Assembly (NCBI GenBank): GCA_042564205.1 | Contig: JBHPLN010000002.1 | Location: forward strand, 48,454 to 112,453 | Reading direction: 5' to 3' | Length of the DNA: 64,000 nt | From: Fidelibacterota bacterium | Lineage (GTDB): Bacteria > Fidelibacterota > Marinisomatia > Marinisomatales > JAHJCW01 | Shown: in pieces, positions 1-8,894 of the stretch | How the letters are laid out: each line of letters begins with the position of its first letter | How positions within the stretch are numbered: position 1 is the stretch's first letter | Notes under the pieces: generated by a model | The model's database searches: none | Told to the model about the DNA's origin: nothing | What the model saw: only the letters and a program-made list of their open reading frames with translations | Made by a program: the position numbers and the translations under genes

Positions 1-408
1 GGAATATGGTTCATGTATTTCTTGGGTTATAATATGAGCGTTGCTGTTGGTGTGGGTTTCATTGCTCTGGCGGGAGTTGCAGCAGAAACTGGTGTGGTCA
101 TGCTTATTTATCTTGACCAATCTTATAAGCAGCGAAATAATATTGGGAATATGAATACAGAAGAAGACTTGTATGGCGCCATAATGGAAGGAGCTGTCGA
201 CCGCGTAAGGCCTAAATTAATGACTGTTACAACCACAATAGTGGGTTTGCTCCCAATTCTCTGGGGACACGGGACCGGTTCTCAGGTTATGAAACGTATT
301 GCTGCCCCCATGGTAGGTGGGATGGTTTCTTCTACTGTGCTTACCTTATTAGTAATTCCGACAATATATTATTTATGGAGATCAATGGCGCTAAAAGGGA
401 GAGATTGA
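1..408 (+). CDS. C-terminal fragment of a CusA/CzcA-type heavy-metal efflux RND permease (5' end lies outside the window)
   Basis: Frame 1 is open from base 1. The translation VAVGVGFIALAGVAAETGVVM...VDRVRPKLMTVTTTIVGLLPILW...IAAPMVGGMVSSTVLTLLVIPTIYYLW is typical of the last transmembrane helices of HME-RND pumps. Confidence 0.8.
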   Translation, partial: GIWFMYFLGYNMSVAVGVGFIALAGVAAETGVVMLIYLDQSYKQRNNIGNMNTEEDLYGAIMEGAVDRVRPKLMTVTTTIVGLLPILWGHGTGSQVMKRIAAPMVGGMVSSTVLTLLVIPTIYYLWRSMALKGRD

Positions 409-874
409 ATAAAAATGTTTGAGGTAAGGGAAATAATATGTAATATTCGACTGAACGGTCGAAATACAAACTAAAGGTTCCGGCGAAAGAATTTGTAGGT
501 TATTTAAAAATTTTAACTGTTCACTCCTAAAGAGTTGTGGGAGTCGGCACATTGAATTAGATTTTAAGTACTGGCTCCCACGCTAATCATCTAGATCTAA
601 ATATTCCTAATATTTCATTCACTACTATTTATGCTGGATGATTCTGCATCATATAAGTACTTACTGGTTGATTTCAAACACAATCTATTATTTAGTTTAA
701 GAGATATTGCTGACTGTTTATAACAACTTCTGCAAATAGCAGTATTTCTCCTCTATAAATTCAATAATGCACAATATATATAATATTTATACGTTAAAAT
801 TTAAAATTTTTACAATTGGCACTGTATTTGTAACTGTTTAATCAAATGTATCTATTAGTAGCCAAGAGAGCTGG

Positions 875-1765
875 ATGAAATATTTGACATTTCATGGTAT
901 TGTATTTGTACTGATATCATTTTTTCTAATTAGTTGTGAAAATGGTTTGGCACCGCCAAGCGATATTACTGATGCCAACTCGAACGATATTACCGATGAT
1001 TGCTCTGCAAAAATTGGTGATTTTATTTGGCTGGATGATGATTTGAATGGTTTGCAGGGTGAGAACGAGACGGGACTTGCAGGGATAATTATGTATCTAT
1101 TGAATGCAGATAGTGTTGTCATAGATACTACTGTATCTGATACAAACGGATTTTATCAATTTAAGGAGTTGTGCTTTAATGATTATTATGTGCAATATGA
1201 TTCTGAGAATTTAAAAATAGAGTACAAGTCAACTATAACCCTGCAAGGCAATGATTTTCAGAAAGACAGCAATCTTAATCTAGCAGCTGTTACAATTGAG
1301 GATAAGTTTACAATAGTTACAGATGTAGATTTTGGTTTTGCAGTCGACCAGGATGAAGAAGACAATGGAGAGGATAATGTAGCAGAGGAGGACGGTGATA
1401 ACGATGATAATGGCGAAAATGATGAAGACGATAATGAAAGTGATGAGACTACGAAAGAAGAAGCATATGGTAGCATGATTGAGGCTTATAATATTATTGT
1501 AGAAATATATGCGTTAATTGAGTCTACTCCGGATGATACTGATTTATATGATGTATGGATTGCCCTTGCGTACGCTATAGAAAAATTAGCTGCTGCAAAT
1601 GAAGCATATGAAAGCGAAAATTATGACACTACGAAAGAATTAGCTGATGGGGCAGCTGCACTAGCTGAAGAAGCACTTACCCTATTACAAACAATTTTAA
1701 ATGAAGCCAGTTATAATGAGGAAACCGAAAACAATAATAATGAAAATGATGCTAACACTGAGTGA
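875..1765 (+). CDS. Acidic secreted lipoprotein with an SdrD B-like beta-sandwich, a D/E/N-rich tract and a helical module; paralogue of 34802..36151
   Basis: Signal peptide ends in the lipobox FLISC. GDFIWLDDDLNGLQGENETGLAGIIMYLLN...SDTNGFYQFKELCFNDYYVQY is an SdrD-B/Cna-B type motif. It is followed by DQDEEDNGEDNVAEEDGDNDDNGENDEDDNESDE and an EKLAAANEAYESENYD helix resembling the modules of the 34.8 kb protein. Confidence 0.6.
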   Translation: MKYLTFHGIVFVLISFFLISCENGLAPPSDITDANSNDITDDCSAKIGDFIWLDDDLNGLQGENETGLAGIIMYLLNADSVVIDTTVSDTNGFYQFKELCFNDYYVQYDSENLKIEYKSTITLQGNDFQKDSNLNLAAVTIEDKFTIVTDVDFGFAVDQDEEDNGEDNVAEEDGDNDDNGENDEDDNESDETTKEEAYGSMIEAYNIIVEIYALIESTPDDTDLYDVWIALAYAIEKLAAANEAYESENYDTTKELADGAAALAEEALTLLQTILNEASYNEETENNNNENDANTE

Positions 1766-1770
1766 TAATC

Positions 1771-2802
1771 CTATACGTCCAACTGAGGCAAATACGGTTT
1801 GCTAGAGGTATCCTGTAATTTTACTAATCGAGATTTTAAATCTGGCACAAATCGCAAAATATTAAAATTATCTGCTTGATTTAGTTGATTATTAAAATTA
1901 TCAAATAATCCCCGATAATCACGATCATCCAACCAACCATCGCTGTATATATTTTTTTTGTTTAGAAATTCTTCACGAGATTTAATTTTGTAATGATTTA
2001 TTTGAAATAATTGGCTGGCGGCGTCACCACGAATAACATTCGGATTACCCGTGAGTATTCTATTAATTATATCCTTAACTGAAAATCGATAAATAAATCG
2101 ATGCACGTTTGAAAATTGATATTTTTTTGATATATAATTAACGTTACCAATGCTTTTCACGTTGACCAGTTTTATAGCTGCTAAATCATTTGCTGTTCTT
2201 GTATAATTTGCAAGCACTAATCCCGGTGGTTTAGATTTGTGACCATTATTACCGAAAAGGGTCCAATTAATTTCTATCCCTTTGGTATTTTTTTCCTTAA
2301 GGTTTTTAAGAAGCGAAACAATATTATCTACCTTTTTAGATGCTGGAAATATGAATTCATCAATATCTAATTGTATCAGATATTGCAGATGGGTCCTGAA
2401 TCGTAATAAGCAATCCCCGTAAGCTAACTGCTGAATAGTAAGGGTATCGATTTTATTGTCTTTGTCCTTAAGGCCCTTTCTATGGGGAAATGGGATGTGT
2501 GTTACAATACCACTTTGCTTATAGGGTTCAAGCAATTCAGCACTACTTAATTCTTCTCCATTATCATAGAGGAAGAAATGCTCAACTCCCATCAATCGAT
2601 GAAATTCAATCCATTCCAGTAAATAGGAATCCTCACCTTTAAAAATTGCCACGATTGACAGAAAATACTTTTCATTTTTTGGTAAAATATCCGCATTGGA
2701 TAGACCATAAATTTTGCGGATTTTTCGCGACTGAGGATGATGTACAAACCATCTACGGTACCCCCATTTAAATTTTAAAAGAAAAGATTTTACCAGTATC
2801 AT
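1771..2802 (-). CDS. Glycosyltransferase family 92 (DUF23)-like protein
   Basis: LSIVAIFKGEDSYLLEWIEFHRLMGVEHFFLYDNG ... YGDCLLRF ... LIQLDIDEFIFP fits the GT92 pattern (EWIeyH, YDNxS, DxDEF). Confidence 0.6.
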   Translation of the reverse strand: MILVKSFLLKFKWGYRRWFVHHPQSRKIRKIYGLSNADILPKNEKYFLSIVAIFKGEDSYLLEWIEFHRLMGVEHFFLYDNGEELSSAELLEPYKQSGIVTHIPFPHRKGLKDKDNKIDTLTIQQLAYGDCLLRFRTHLQYLIQLDIDEFIFPASKKVDNIVSLLKNLKEKNTKGIEINWTLFGNNGHKSKPPGLVLANYTRTANDLAAIKLVNVKSIGNVNYISKKYQFSNVHRFIYRFSVKDIINRILTGNPNVIRGDAASQLFQINHYKIKSREEFLNKKNIYSDGWLDDRDYRGLFDNFNNQLNQADNFNILRFVPDLKSRLVKLQDTSSKPYLPQLDV

Positions 2803-2912
2803 GATATGTTATTATCACAAAATAAATGTATTTATCATCAATCGTTCTCACATAAAATTACAAAAAGAACAATCAATGATTTATTATACTAATCTTTAAA
2901 CAATAATTAGAA

Positions 2913-3575
2913 TTACTTCTTAGCAAGAGCACTGAGTCTGGCCTGAACCTCATCTACTATTTTTTGTTGGTTGGCTAACTCTTTTTGCACTTTTTCCTGT
3001 TTTACACGGTTTTCCTCAATTTCCTTATTTGCCTTCTGAATTTTCTTTTCAGCTTTTTTAATATCTTTCACATAATCATCGTGTGCACCCTGCAGCTTTT
3101 CAAATTCTGATTTAATCTTTTTTAACTTGCCATTTTCTTTTTTTAGTTCTGCTTTCACCTTGTCTTTGAAAACCTTAAAGCTGAAATCGTCCAGGAATTT
3201 TTGAGTATTTGTGTACGCATCGGTATTACTTGATGCTGCTGATAAATACTCGCCGCCAAGATTGACCCACAGTACAAACTTTACATTCTTATTACTTTCG
3301 GAAAAAGTTGCGTACAGGTCAAAGGTGCCAGTGCTTGCAATAGCCGGTATTGAAACACCTTTTGAGACCCACTCTCCCTTTGATTTTTTCACTTTTCCGT
3401 ATTTGTCAAGGTAACTTTTCCAGGATTTCTCGACCTGTTTATCAGAAACATCTTGTAATGTTATGCCCAAACCAGGATGAGAACCTTGGCTCATAGGTTT
3501 GGTCTGTTCATAGACCTGCGACCAGGCGAAGGTCAATAATAGCGGGAATAATAGTAATTTAGTTAACTGTTTCAT
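2913..3575 (-). CDS. Secreted hypothetical protein with a K/E-rich C-terminal coiled coil
   Basis: The second in-frame ATG gives the signal peptide MKQLTKLLLFPLLLTFAWSQ. The C-terminus KVKAELKKENGKLKKIKSEFEKLQ...KKAEKKIQKANKEIEENRVKQEKVQKEL shows a heptad-like charge pattern. The ORF-track start at 3620 is an alternative. Confidence 0.5.
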   Translation of the reverse strand: MKQLTKLLLFPLLLTFAWSQVYEQTKPMSQGSHPGLGITLQDVSDKQVEKSWKSYLDKYGKVKKSKGEWVSKGVSIPAIASTGTFDLYATFSESNKNVKFVLWVNLGGEYLSAASSNTDAYTNTQKFLDDFSFKVFKDKVKAELKKENGKLKKIKSEFEKLQGAHDDYVKDIKKAEKKIQKANKEIEENRVKQEKVQKELANQQKIVDEVQARLSALAKK

Positions 3576-3703
3576 AGAAACCCCTGTTGCTGTTGTTTTA
3601 ATTTCGGATAATTGTTTCATAGAATGTAATTGGATTAGCAGAACTTTAAAATAAAAACCAAGAGAATAAAAGGATAATTAAAAGTTTTACCGATTAAAGT
3701 TCT

Positions 3704-4846
3704 CTAAAGACGAATAGGATAGTTCAATGAATTAATCTTATCCTTGGTGTATTTAATCACCTCAGGTGTGTGTTCCTTGAATAATGATCCATTTAACATC
3801 TGACTGCCAATTCCAATTGATCGGTTGTTGATCTCAATTACGCGCACTTGTTCATTATGATCAACACATATGTCCACCCCTAAACAGCGATGATAATAAT
3901 GCTGTCTGGCAATTTCTTCTGATACACGTATAAGCTCATCAATATGCGGAACTTTTGGAAAATCTTTATATAGTGTATCGGTCCCCGGGGGCGAAAAGGT
4001 TTTTTGTCCGAGCCCATTCACTGCAAAATCACCAAGAGTGCCGTCAGTACCTATGTTTATATACGTACCACCTGCGTGTGTGTTGTCAAATATGGCACCT
4101 CTTACACCCACTTTCAGAAGAATTTCATCGGTATATATTGAATTATTTTTTAAAGTGCGATAAGAATTTATCCTAATGCAATTAAGCGAACTCTCATTGA
4201 ATTGGCTGAAATACTCTGATTGATATATATATTCTTGCACAATGAAGTCTTGATCAAATATTTTTTCCAGGATTGTCATATTAACTGAATCCCTCTTTAA
4301 ATCAAATGCGTGGATCTCACGTCCGCCACCACTTTGAAGTGATGGCTTGGCAATAATTTTAGTATAGTCAATTAATGCCTTTTTTAAGAAGGTATCGATC
4401 TCATCTTTGGCTAGCCATCGATAATCTTTATCGTAATACTGGCCGTCCATATTTCTAAGAATAGTTATAGGAAATGAAAGATTGGAAAAATATTTATCAG
4501 AAAGATTCTTATCTCTGATTGCCAAACCCAATTCTTCTCGGTTCAAACAGGGCTCAATCAATACGTAGTATAAATCTTCTGGCACATAGTTAATATCTTT
4601 AATATTCGAAACTGATGAATAAACATGATACCATTGAGGATTGACGCGCTTAACTAACGTTGTCCATAAACTGACATGTTGATGCACATCATATTTATGC
4701 ACCTTACCCAGTGCTTTAGTTATATTATTTATTTTATTTTTATAATATTGCCGAAATCGCAGGTGGTGGATATAATTGTATGATTTTTGGATTATCTTTT
4801 TTATAAAATGAGTAACGGTAACAAGTTGAATCATTGTTTTCCTCAC
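3704..4846 (-). CDS. ATP-grasp fold protein (sugar-transfer-associated ATP-grasp type)
   Basis: KVGVRGAIFDNTHAGGTYINIGTDGTLG ... HYYHRCLGVDICVDHNEQVRVIEINN resembles the C-terminal half of ATP-grasp ligases (conserved E-x-N at the end). The specific subfamily is a guess. Confidence 0.5.
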   Translation of the reverse strand: MRKTMIQLVTVTHFIKKIIQKSYNYIHHLRFRQYYKNKINNITKALGKVHKYDVHQHVSLWTTLVKRVNPQWYHVYSSVSNIKDINYVPEDLYYVLIEPCLNREELGLAIRDKNLSDKYFSNLSFPITILRNMDGQYYDKDYRWLAKDEIDTFLKKALIDYTKIIAKPSLQSGGGREIHAFDLKRDSVNMTILEKIFDQDFIVQEYIYQSEYFSQFNESSLNCIRINSYRTLKNNSIYTDEILLKVGVRGAIFDNTHAGGTYINIGTDGTLGDFAVNGLGQKTFSPPGTDTLYKDFPKVPHIDELIRVSEEIARQHYYHRCLGVDICVDHNEQVRVIEINNRSIGIGSQMLNGSLFKEHTPEVIKYTKDKINSLNYPIRL

Positions 4847-4982
4847 TTAAGTTATTACAACACAAAAATTTAAGATAATTTTATTTATAGAAATTATTCT
4901 AATTACCAATGTCTGTCCAATAAATCTTAATGCTGTGTAAATTTTATTCTTAAAAGAACAGTTGAATTGTTATGGAGAAAAA

Positions 4983-5558
4983 ATGAAAGTATCACTTGGA
5001 GGAAAACCACTTATTTACCCTACTCCCGTTTTTGTCATTGGGACTTATGATAAGAAAGGGAAACCAAATGTTATGACGGCCTCTTGGTCGGGGATATGTT
5101 GTTCTGATCCACCCTGTCTGGCTGTATCCTTGAGGAAAGCCACCTATACTTATAACAATATGGTGGAAAAGAAAGCATTTACTGTAAATGTTCCGTCTAA
5201 GAAATATGTAAAAGAAACAGACTATTTTGGAAGTGTTTCCGGTAGAAATTTGGACAAATTATTCGATACAAAGTTAACAGCAATTAAAAGTGAAATTGTT
5301 AATGCACCCTATATTAAAGAGTTTCCTTTAATACTGGAATGTCAGGTTGTACACAAATTTGAATTGGGTTTGCACACTCAATTTGTTGGCGCAATAAAAG
5401 ACATCAAAATTGATGAAAGTTGTCTTAATAGCGACGGTAAACCATCGATTGAACTTGTGGATCCATTTGTATATGCACCTGGAAAGGGAGGGTATTACAG
5501 TATTGGTGAAAGACTCGGCACTGCTTATACGATTGGAGATAGATTTAAACATCAATAG
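4983..5558 (+). CDS. Flavin reductase-like (FMN-binding split-barrel) protein
   Basis: PTPVFVIGTYDKKGKPNVMTASWSGICCSDPPCLAVSLRKATYTYNNMVEKKAFTVNVPS is the flavin-reductase domain signature. The start is moved to the ATG at 4983, which is preceded by GGAG; the track start at 4962 is a TTG. Confidence 0.75.
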   Translation: MKVSLGGKPLIYPTPVFVIGTYDKKGKPNVMTASWSGICCSDPPCLAVSLRKATYTYNNMVEKKAFTVNVPSKKYVKETDYFGSVSGRNLDKLFDTKLTAIKSEIVNAPYIKEFPLILECQVVHKFELGLHTQFVGAIKDIKIDESCLNSDGKPSIELVDPFVYAPGKGGYYSIGERLGTAYTIGDRFKHQ

Positions 5559-5672
5559 TGGTTAATGAATCTATCACACATATTTTTTATTGGATAGTGC
5601 ACACCCCTTTCTCCCAATTATTGATTGGTCGCATTAACTATTTGTAGAATCCCAATTACATTTGGAGATTTC

Positions 5673-6239
5673 ATGAAAAATCAAACTGTTTCTGTCAATA
5701 ATTTCGTTTGTCGGCAAGTTGAAGGATCGGGGAAATCATATTCGCCAATATATTCATTTGACGAGATTGCACAACATGCAGAAAATCAATTAAATAATGG
5801 TCATTTTATTTCTGGCTATAGAGACGGTGTAATTATTGTTTCAGCCGGGGAAAAGATTGCACAACAATTTGTATGTCCATTGGTTCGTATCAAAACAGAT
5901 ACACCGCTAACCGCTAAGTATATTTCACGCCGCGGTAATGAAGAGGCGGTTATTCAAATACGTGCCCATAAAGGTAAGCTACTGTACGCAAGTAAGGTGG
6001 AATTAATTCTATATAGCCACAGCGTGTTAGCCGAGAATGATGAACATTCTACGGGTGCGGATTGGGAATTAATTGCTTTTCACGCCATTCCTGAAGGAGT
6101 AACTAAATTACCGATGCAACCTACTACGATGATACGGAATCAATTAAATATGGAAGGGGGAACAGCTGCTCAATATTCATCAGAAGAGTGGGCCGAAGCA
6201 GTCCTATTTTGGCAGAATTATGCAGCGCTTGAAAAATGA
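5673..6239 (+). CDS. Conserved hypothetical protein (possibly DUF3228-like)
   Basis: A 188-aa soluble ORF with no catalytic motif that I recognise. The ATG at 5673 is preceded by GGAG. The family assignment is from memory only. Confidence 0.45.
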   Translation: MKNQTVSVNNFVCRQVEGSGKSYSPIYSFDEIAQHAENQLNNGHFISGYRDGVIIVSAGEKIAQQFVCPLVRIKTDTPLTAKYISRRGNEEAVIQIRAHKGKLLYASKVELILYSHSVLAENDEHSTGADWELIAFHAIPEGVTKLPMQPTTMIRNQLNMEGGTAAQYSSEEWAEAVLFWQNYAALEK

Positions 6240-6442
6240 AATGCAATACTCGAAATTTTATAGTCAATGGAGTCTATCTTTAGATTTATCCACAATTTGA
6301 TTTCTTCTAAAAGGAAGACTAATTTAAAGAATGGTAGTAGGGATAAATTTACCAGTTAATTGATATTGTAATATCCATATCAAGTTTTACCGGGTATGGC
6401 CTAAGATCACCAGCTAGGCATTATTATCAAAAGGGGAGGGCA

Positions 6443-7282
6443 ATGTCTAATTTTGTAAAGAAATTTCCAGCGATTTCTATGTTTATCCTTGCCATGACCA
6501 TTGGGGGAAGTATGATTGCTCCCATGGTTGCTGGCCTGGTTCCGTCAGATTCCATGTTTTTACTTATTGCTGCTTACAGCGCAAGCTTGGCTGGGATTAT
6601 TCTAACCGCAGTCGTAAGTGGGAAAGCTGGTCTGCGGAAAATGTTCCGCAGGTTGTTCATCTGGCGCGTTAACATTGGCTGGTGGGTTTTTGCCTTGTTA
6701 GCCTTTGCTCTTTTGTATTTAGGGGGATTGGTTCTGGCAGCTATATTCAGTGGCTCAACGCCGAGCCTTAATCTCACTAAACCGCTATATATGTTTATTC
6801 CTTTATTCATCATGAAATTCTTTCTTGATGCCGGACTAGGCGAGGAACTTGGCTGGCGCGGATTTCTCTTGCCGCGGCTGCAAGCGCGGTACAGCGCCCT
6901 AATTGCCAGTATCATCGTCGGGATCGTTTGGGGATTATGGCATCTGCCGCTGTTTATGCTTGAGGGAATGTCTCCAACCTACGAATTTGGGCAAGCTATT
7001 GGTGTCATTCCTGCCCTGCTTGCGTACACAATTTTTATTGTGATTCCCTATGCAATTTTATTCACATGGATGTACAACAATACAAAGGGCAGTCTGCTGC
7101 TGGTCTTCGTGTTTCATTCATCACAAGCATGGTTCGAACTCTTTAGGGATCCTAATAATTTATTCGGCCCCTACCTGGGCTTTGCGGCGATTTTGACCGT
7201 CACTGCTATTATTGTAATCATCAGCAGTGGGACAAAGAATCTCTCACGAAAAAATGAGCGAATTATACTTCAGGATGTATAA
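6443..7282 (+). CDS. CPBP-family intramembrane glutamic endopeptidase (CAAX protease-like)
   Basis: Polytopic membrane protein with GEELGWRGFLLPRL (EExxxR motif) and WGLWHLP (HxxxH/N region). Confidence 0.8.
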   Translation: MSNFVKKFPAISMFILAMTIGGSMIAPMVAGLVPSDSMFLLIAAYSASLAGIILTAVVSGKAGLRKMFRRLFIWRVNIGWWVFALLAFALLYLGGLVLAAIFSGSTPSLNLTKPLYMFIPLFIMKFFLDAGLGEELGWRGFLLPRLQARYSALIASIIVGIVWGLWHLPLFMLEGMSPTYEFGQAIGVIPALLAYTIFIVIPYAILFTWMYNNTKGSLLLVFVFHSSQAWFELFRDPNNLFGPYLGFAAILTVTAIIVIISSGTKNLSRKNERIILQDV

Positions 7283-7364
7283 ACACAAGCAGTCACAATA
7301 TTCAATTCACAGTTTAAAAGGAATTCACTAAACTGCGATAACGATTAAAGAAGGAAATCAAGGT

Positions 7365-8273
7365 ATGAAAAACATGACAAAACGCATCATACGCAGTGTA
7401 CTATTAATTGCTTTTTGTATACTTTCCGTTCAATTAAATAGCGTTAATGCACAACAGATTTTCGGATTATCTGTTGGTTATGAAACCTTTCCATATGCCA
7501 AACTTGTAGAACCAATTACAGGGGCACCAGACTTAGAAATTCAAGCTACATCATTAAGCCTTGGAGCAGCGCTCCCATTTGGTTTTGCGGAAGGGAAAGT
7601 CATAGTGATGAATCAGTTCAATTATAAGCGAACTGAATTTAATTATCATAATTTGCCAGATGACGATAATGATATCGAAAAAATACACTCCATTAGTTAT
7701 ACAGCATTTATGATTGATTCACTTTCGCATAAGTGGAAGATGGTAGCAATCACAACACCAGGATTGGCTTCAGATTTTGAAGGAGATTTGACAATTGATG
7801 ATTTTACTTTTGGGGCAGTATTCGGTTTTATAAAACGAATCAACGAAAAACTTGACCTAGGCTTTGGTCTTGCATATATGCCTGACTTCGGTGAACCATA
7901 TCCAATGCCATTTGTTTACACAGATTGGAAAATTAATCCAAAAATGAATGTTAGTGGAATTTTACCTTCAGATTTGACTTTATTGTATAAGTTTAATCCA
8001 AAAATTGACCTAGGTCTAACACTTAAGATCGATGGTAATCGCTATCATGGTGATCCAAAAAAATTCGGAGTTGATAATCCCTTATTAAAATATTCTGAAG
8101 GTACATTATCACCAACTGTTAATGTTCATTTTTCAAAATGGATTCATTTGAATGTTGAAGGGGGATTTGCATTTTATCGCAACTTCGAATTTTTTGACGG
8201 AGTTAATCAGGTACAATCTCTTGATTTAGAACGAACAGGCTATGTAAAGACAATGTTAGTAGTTGGTTTATAG
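7365..8273 (+). CDS. Putative outer-membrane beta-barrel protein (hypothetical)
   Basis: Signal peptide ...SVQLNSVNAQ, then alternating hydrophobic/polar strands throughout with G/Y/F-rich turns. Confidence 0.4.
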   Translation: MKNMTKRIIRSVLLIAFCILSVQLNSVNAQQIFGLSVGYETFPYAKLVEPITGAPDLEIQATSLSLGAALPFGFAEGKVIVMNQFNYKRTEFNYHNLPDDDNDIEKIHSISYTAFMIDSLSHKWKMVAITTPGLASDFEGDLTIDDFTFGAVFGFIKRINEKLDLGFGLAYMPDFGEPYPMPFVYTDWKINPKMNVSGILPSDLTLLYKFNPKIDLGLTLKIDGNRYHGDPKKFGVDNPLLKYSEGTLSPTVNVHFSKWIHLNVEGGFAFYRNFEFFDGVNQVQSLDLERTGYVKTMLVVGL

Positions 8274-8309
8274 GAATATTTAACTAAATGAAATAATAGG
8301 AGAGATATA

Positions 8310-8801
8310 ATGCTCATTAACAAACATAAATATGCACTCGTATCCTTGACAATCTTATTGAGCTTAAATTTTGTGTGTTATGCTCAAACTAAACCAGTTC
8401 AGATTGCACTGTTTGCTCCGGCGCAGATACACCCGGAAGAAACGGAGATCGCCGGATTCCGCTGGAATATCATTTATGGAAAAAACACAACGGTGTCTGG
8501 CGTCGATGTCGGATTTGTAAATCATACAACTGCTGGTTCATCAATTGGATTTCAGGGCGGATTCATAGGCATTAATGATGCTAATTTTACCGGCTGGCAG
8601 GATAATACTTTTAATATTACTAAAGGCAATTTTGAAGGATTGCAGGCCGGTCTATATAATTATGCTAATAACGCAACGGGTCTCCAGCTTGGATTAATCA
8701 ATTATGCGAGAAATCTACATGGAGTTCAAATTGGGTTAGTGAATATTATTGAACAGGGTGGAGCATTTCCATTTTTACCAATAATAAATTGGTCGTTTTA
8801 A
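8310..8801 (+). CDS. Small secreted/outer-membrane-associated protein with degenerate G-x-Q-x-G-x-x-N repeats
   Basis: Signal peptide ...NFVCYAQ. Repeats include GFQGGFIGIN, GLQAGLYNYAN, GLQLGLINYAR and GVQIGLVNII. The protein ends in a C-terminal aromatic residue (INWSF). Confidence 0.4.
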   Translation: MLINKHKYALVSLTILLSLNFVCYAQTKPVQIALFAPAQIHPEETEIAGFRWNIIYGKNTTVSGVDVGFVNHTTAGSSIGFQGGFIGINDANFTGWQDNTFNITKGNFEGLQAGLYNYANNATGLQLGLINYARNLHGVQIGLVNIIEQGGAFPFLPIINWSF

Positions 8802-8841
8802 AGATTCTTTAATCTAATTTAATTAAACAATAAATATTGGT

Positions 8842-8880
8842 CGATACAGTCCGTAATAAGACATATTACGGACTGTATCG
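8842..8880 (+). terminator. Perfect 17-bp stem/5-nt loop hairpin between 8310..8801 and the patatin gene
   Basis: cgatacagtccgtaata-agaca-tattacggactgtatcg. No U-tract follows. It overlaps the GTG at 8880 that the ORF track used as the start. Confidence 0.4.
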
Positions 8881-8894
8881 TGCAACGTAAGATT

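Noticed and set aside
409-874. Short inverted repeats in the long AT-rich spacer after the CusA fragment (TTCGAC-N6-GTCGAA about 447-465; GTGGGAG...CTCCCAC about 537-583).
   Set aside because: The stems are only 6-7 bp, one has a large loop, and neither has a U-tract. This is not distinguishable from background.
1258-1476. A Ser/Leu-rich antisense ORF opposite the first acidic lipoprotein. The same phenomenon occurs at 35149..35613, 35469..35654 and 35680..35934.
   Set aside because: These are the reverse complement of GAx/GAA-rich acidic codons, which automatically yields S/L-rich open frames. The acidic sense frames have signal peptides, domains and a terminator.
8880-8894. The GTG at 8880 as the start of the patatin gene.
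   Set aside because: This GTG is the last base pair region of a perfect 17-bp hairpin. The ATG at 8895 gives a normal signal peptide (MQRLVTIFTLVSVLSSQ).
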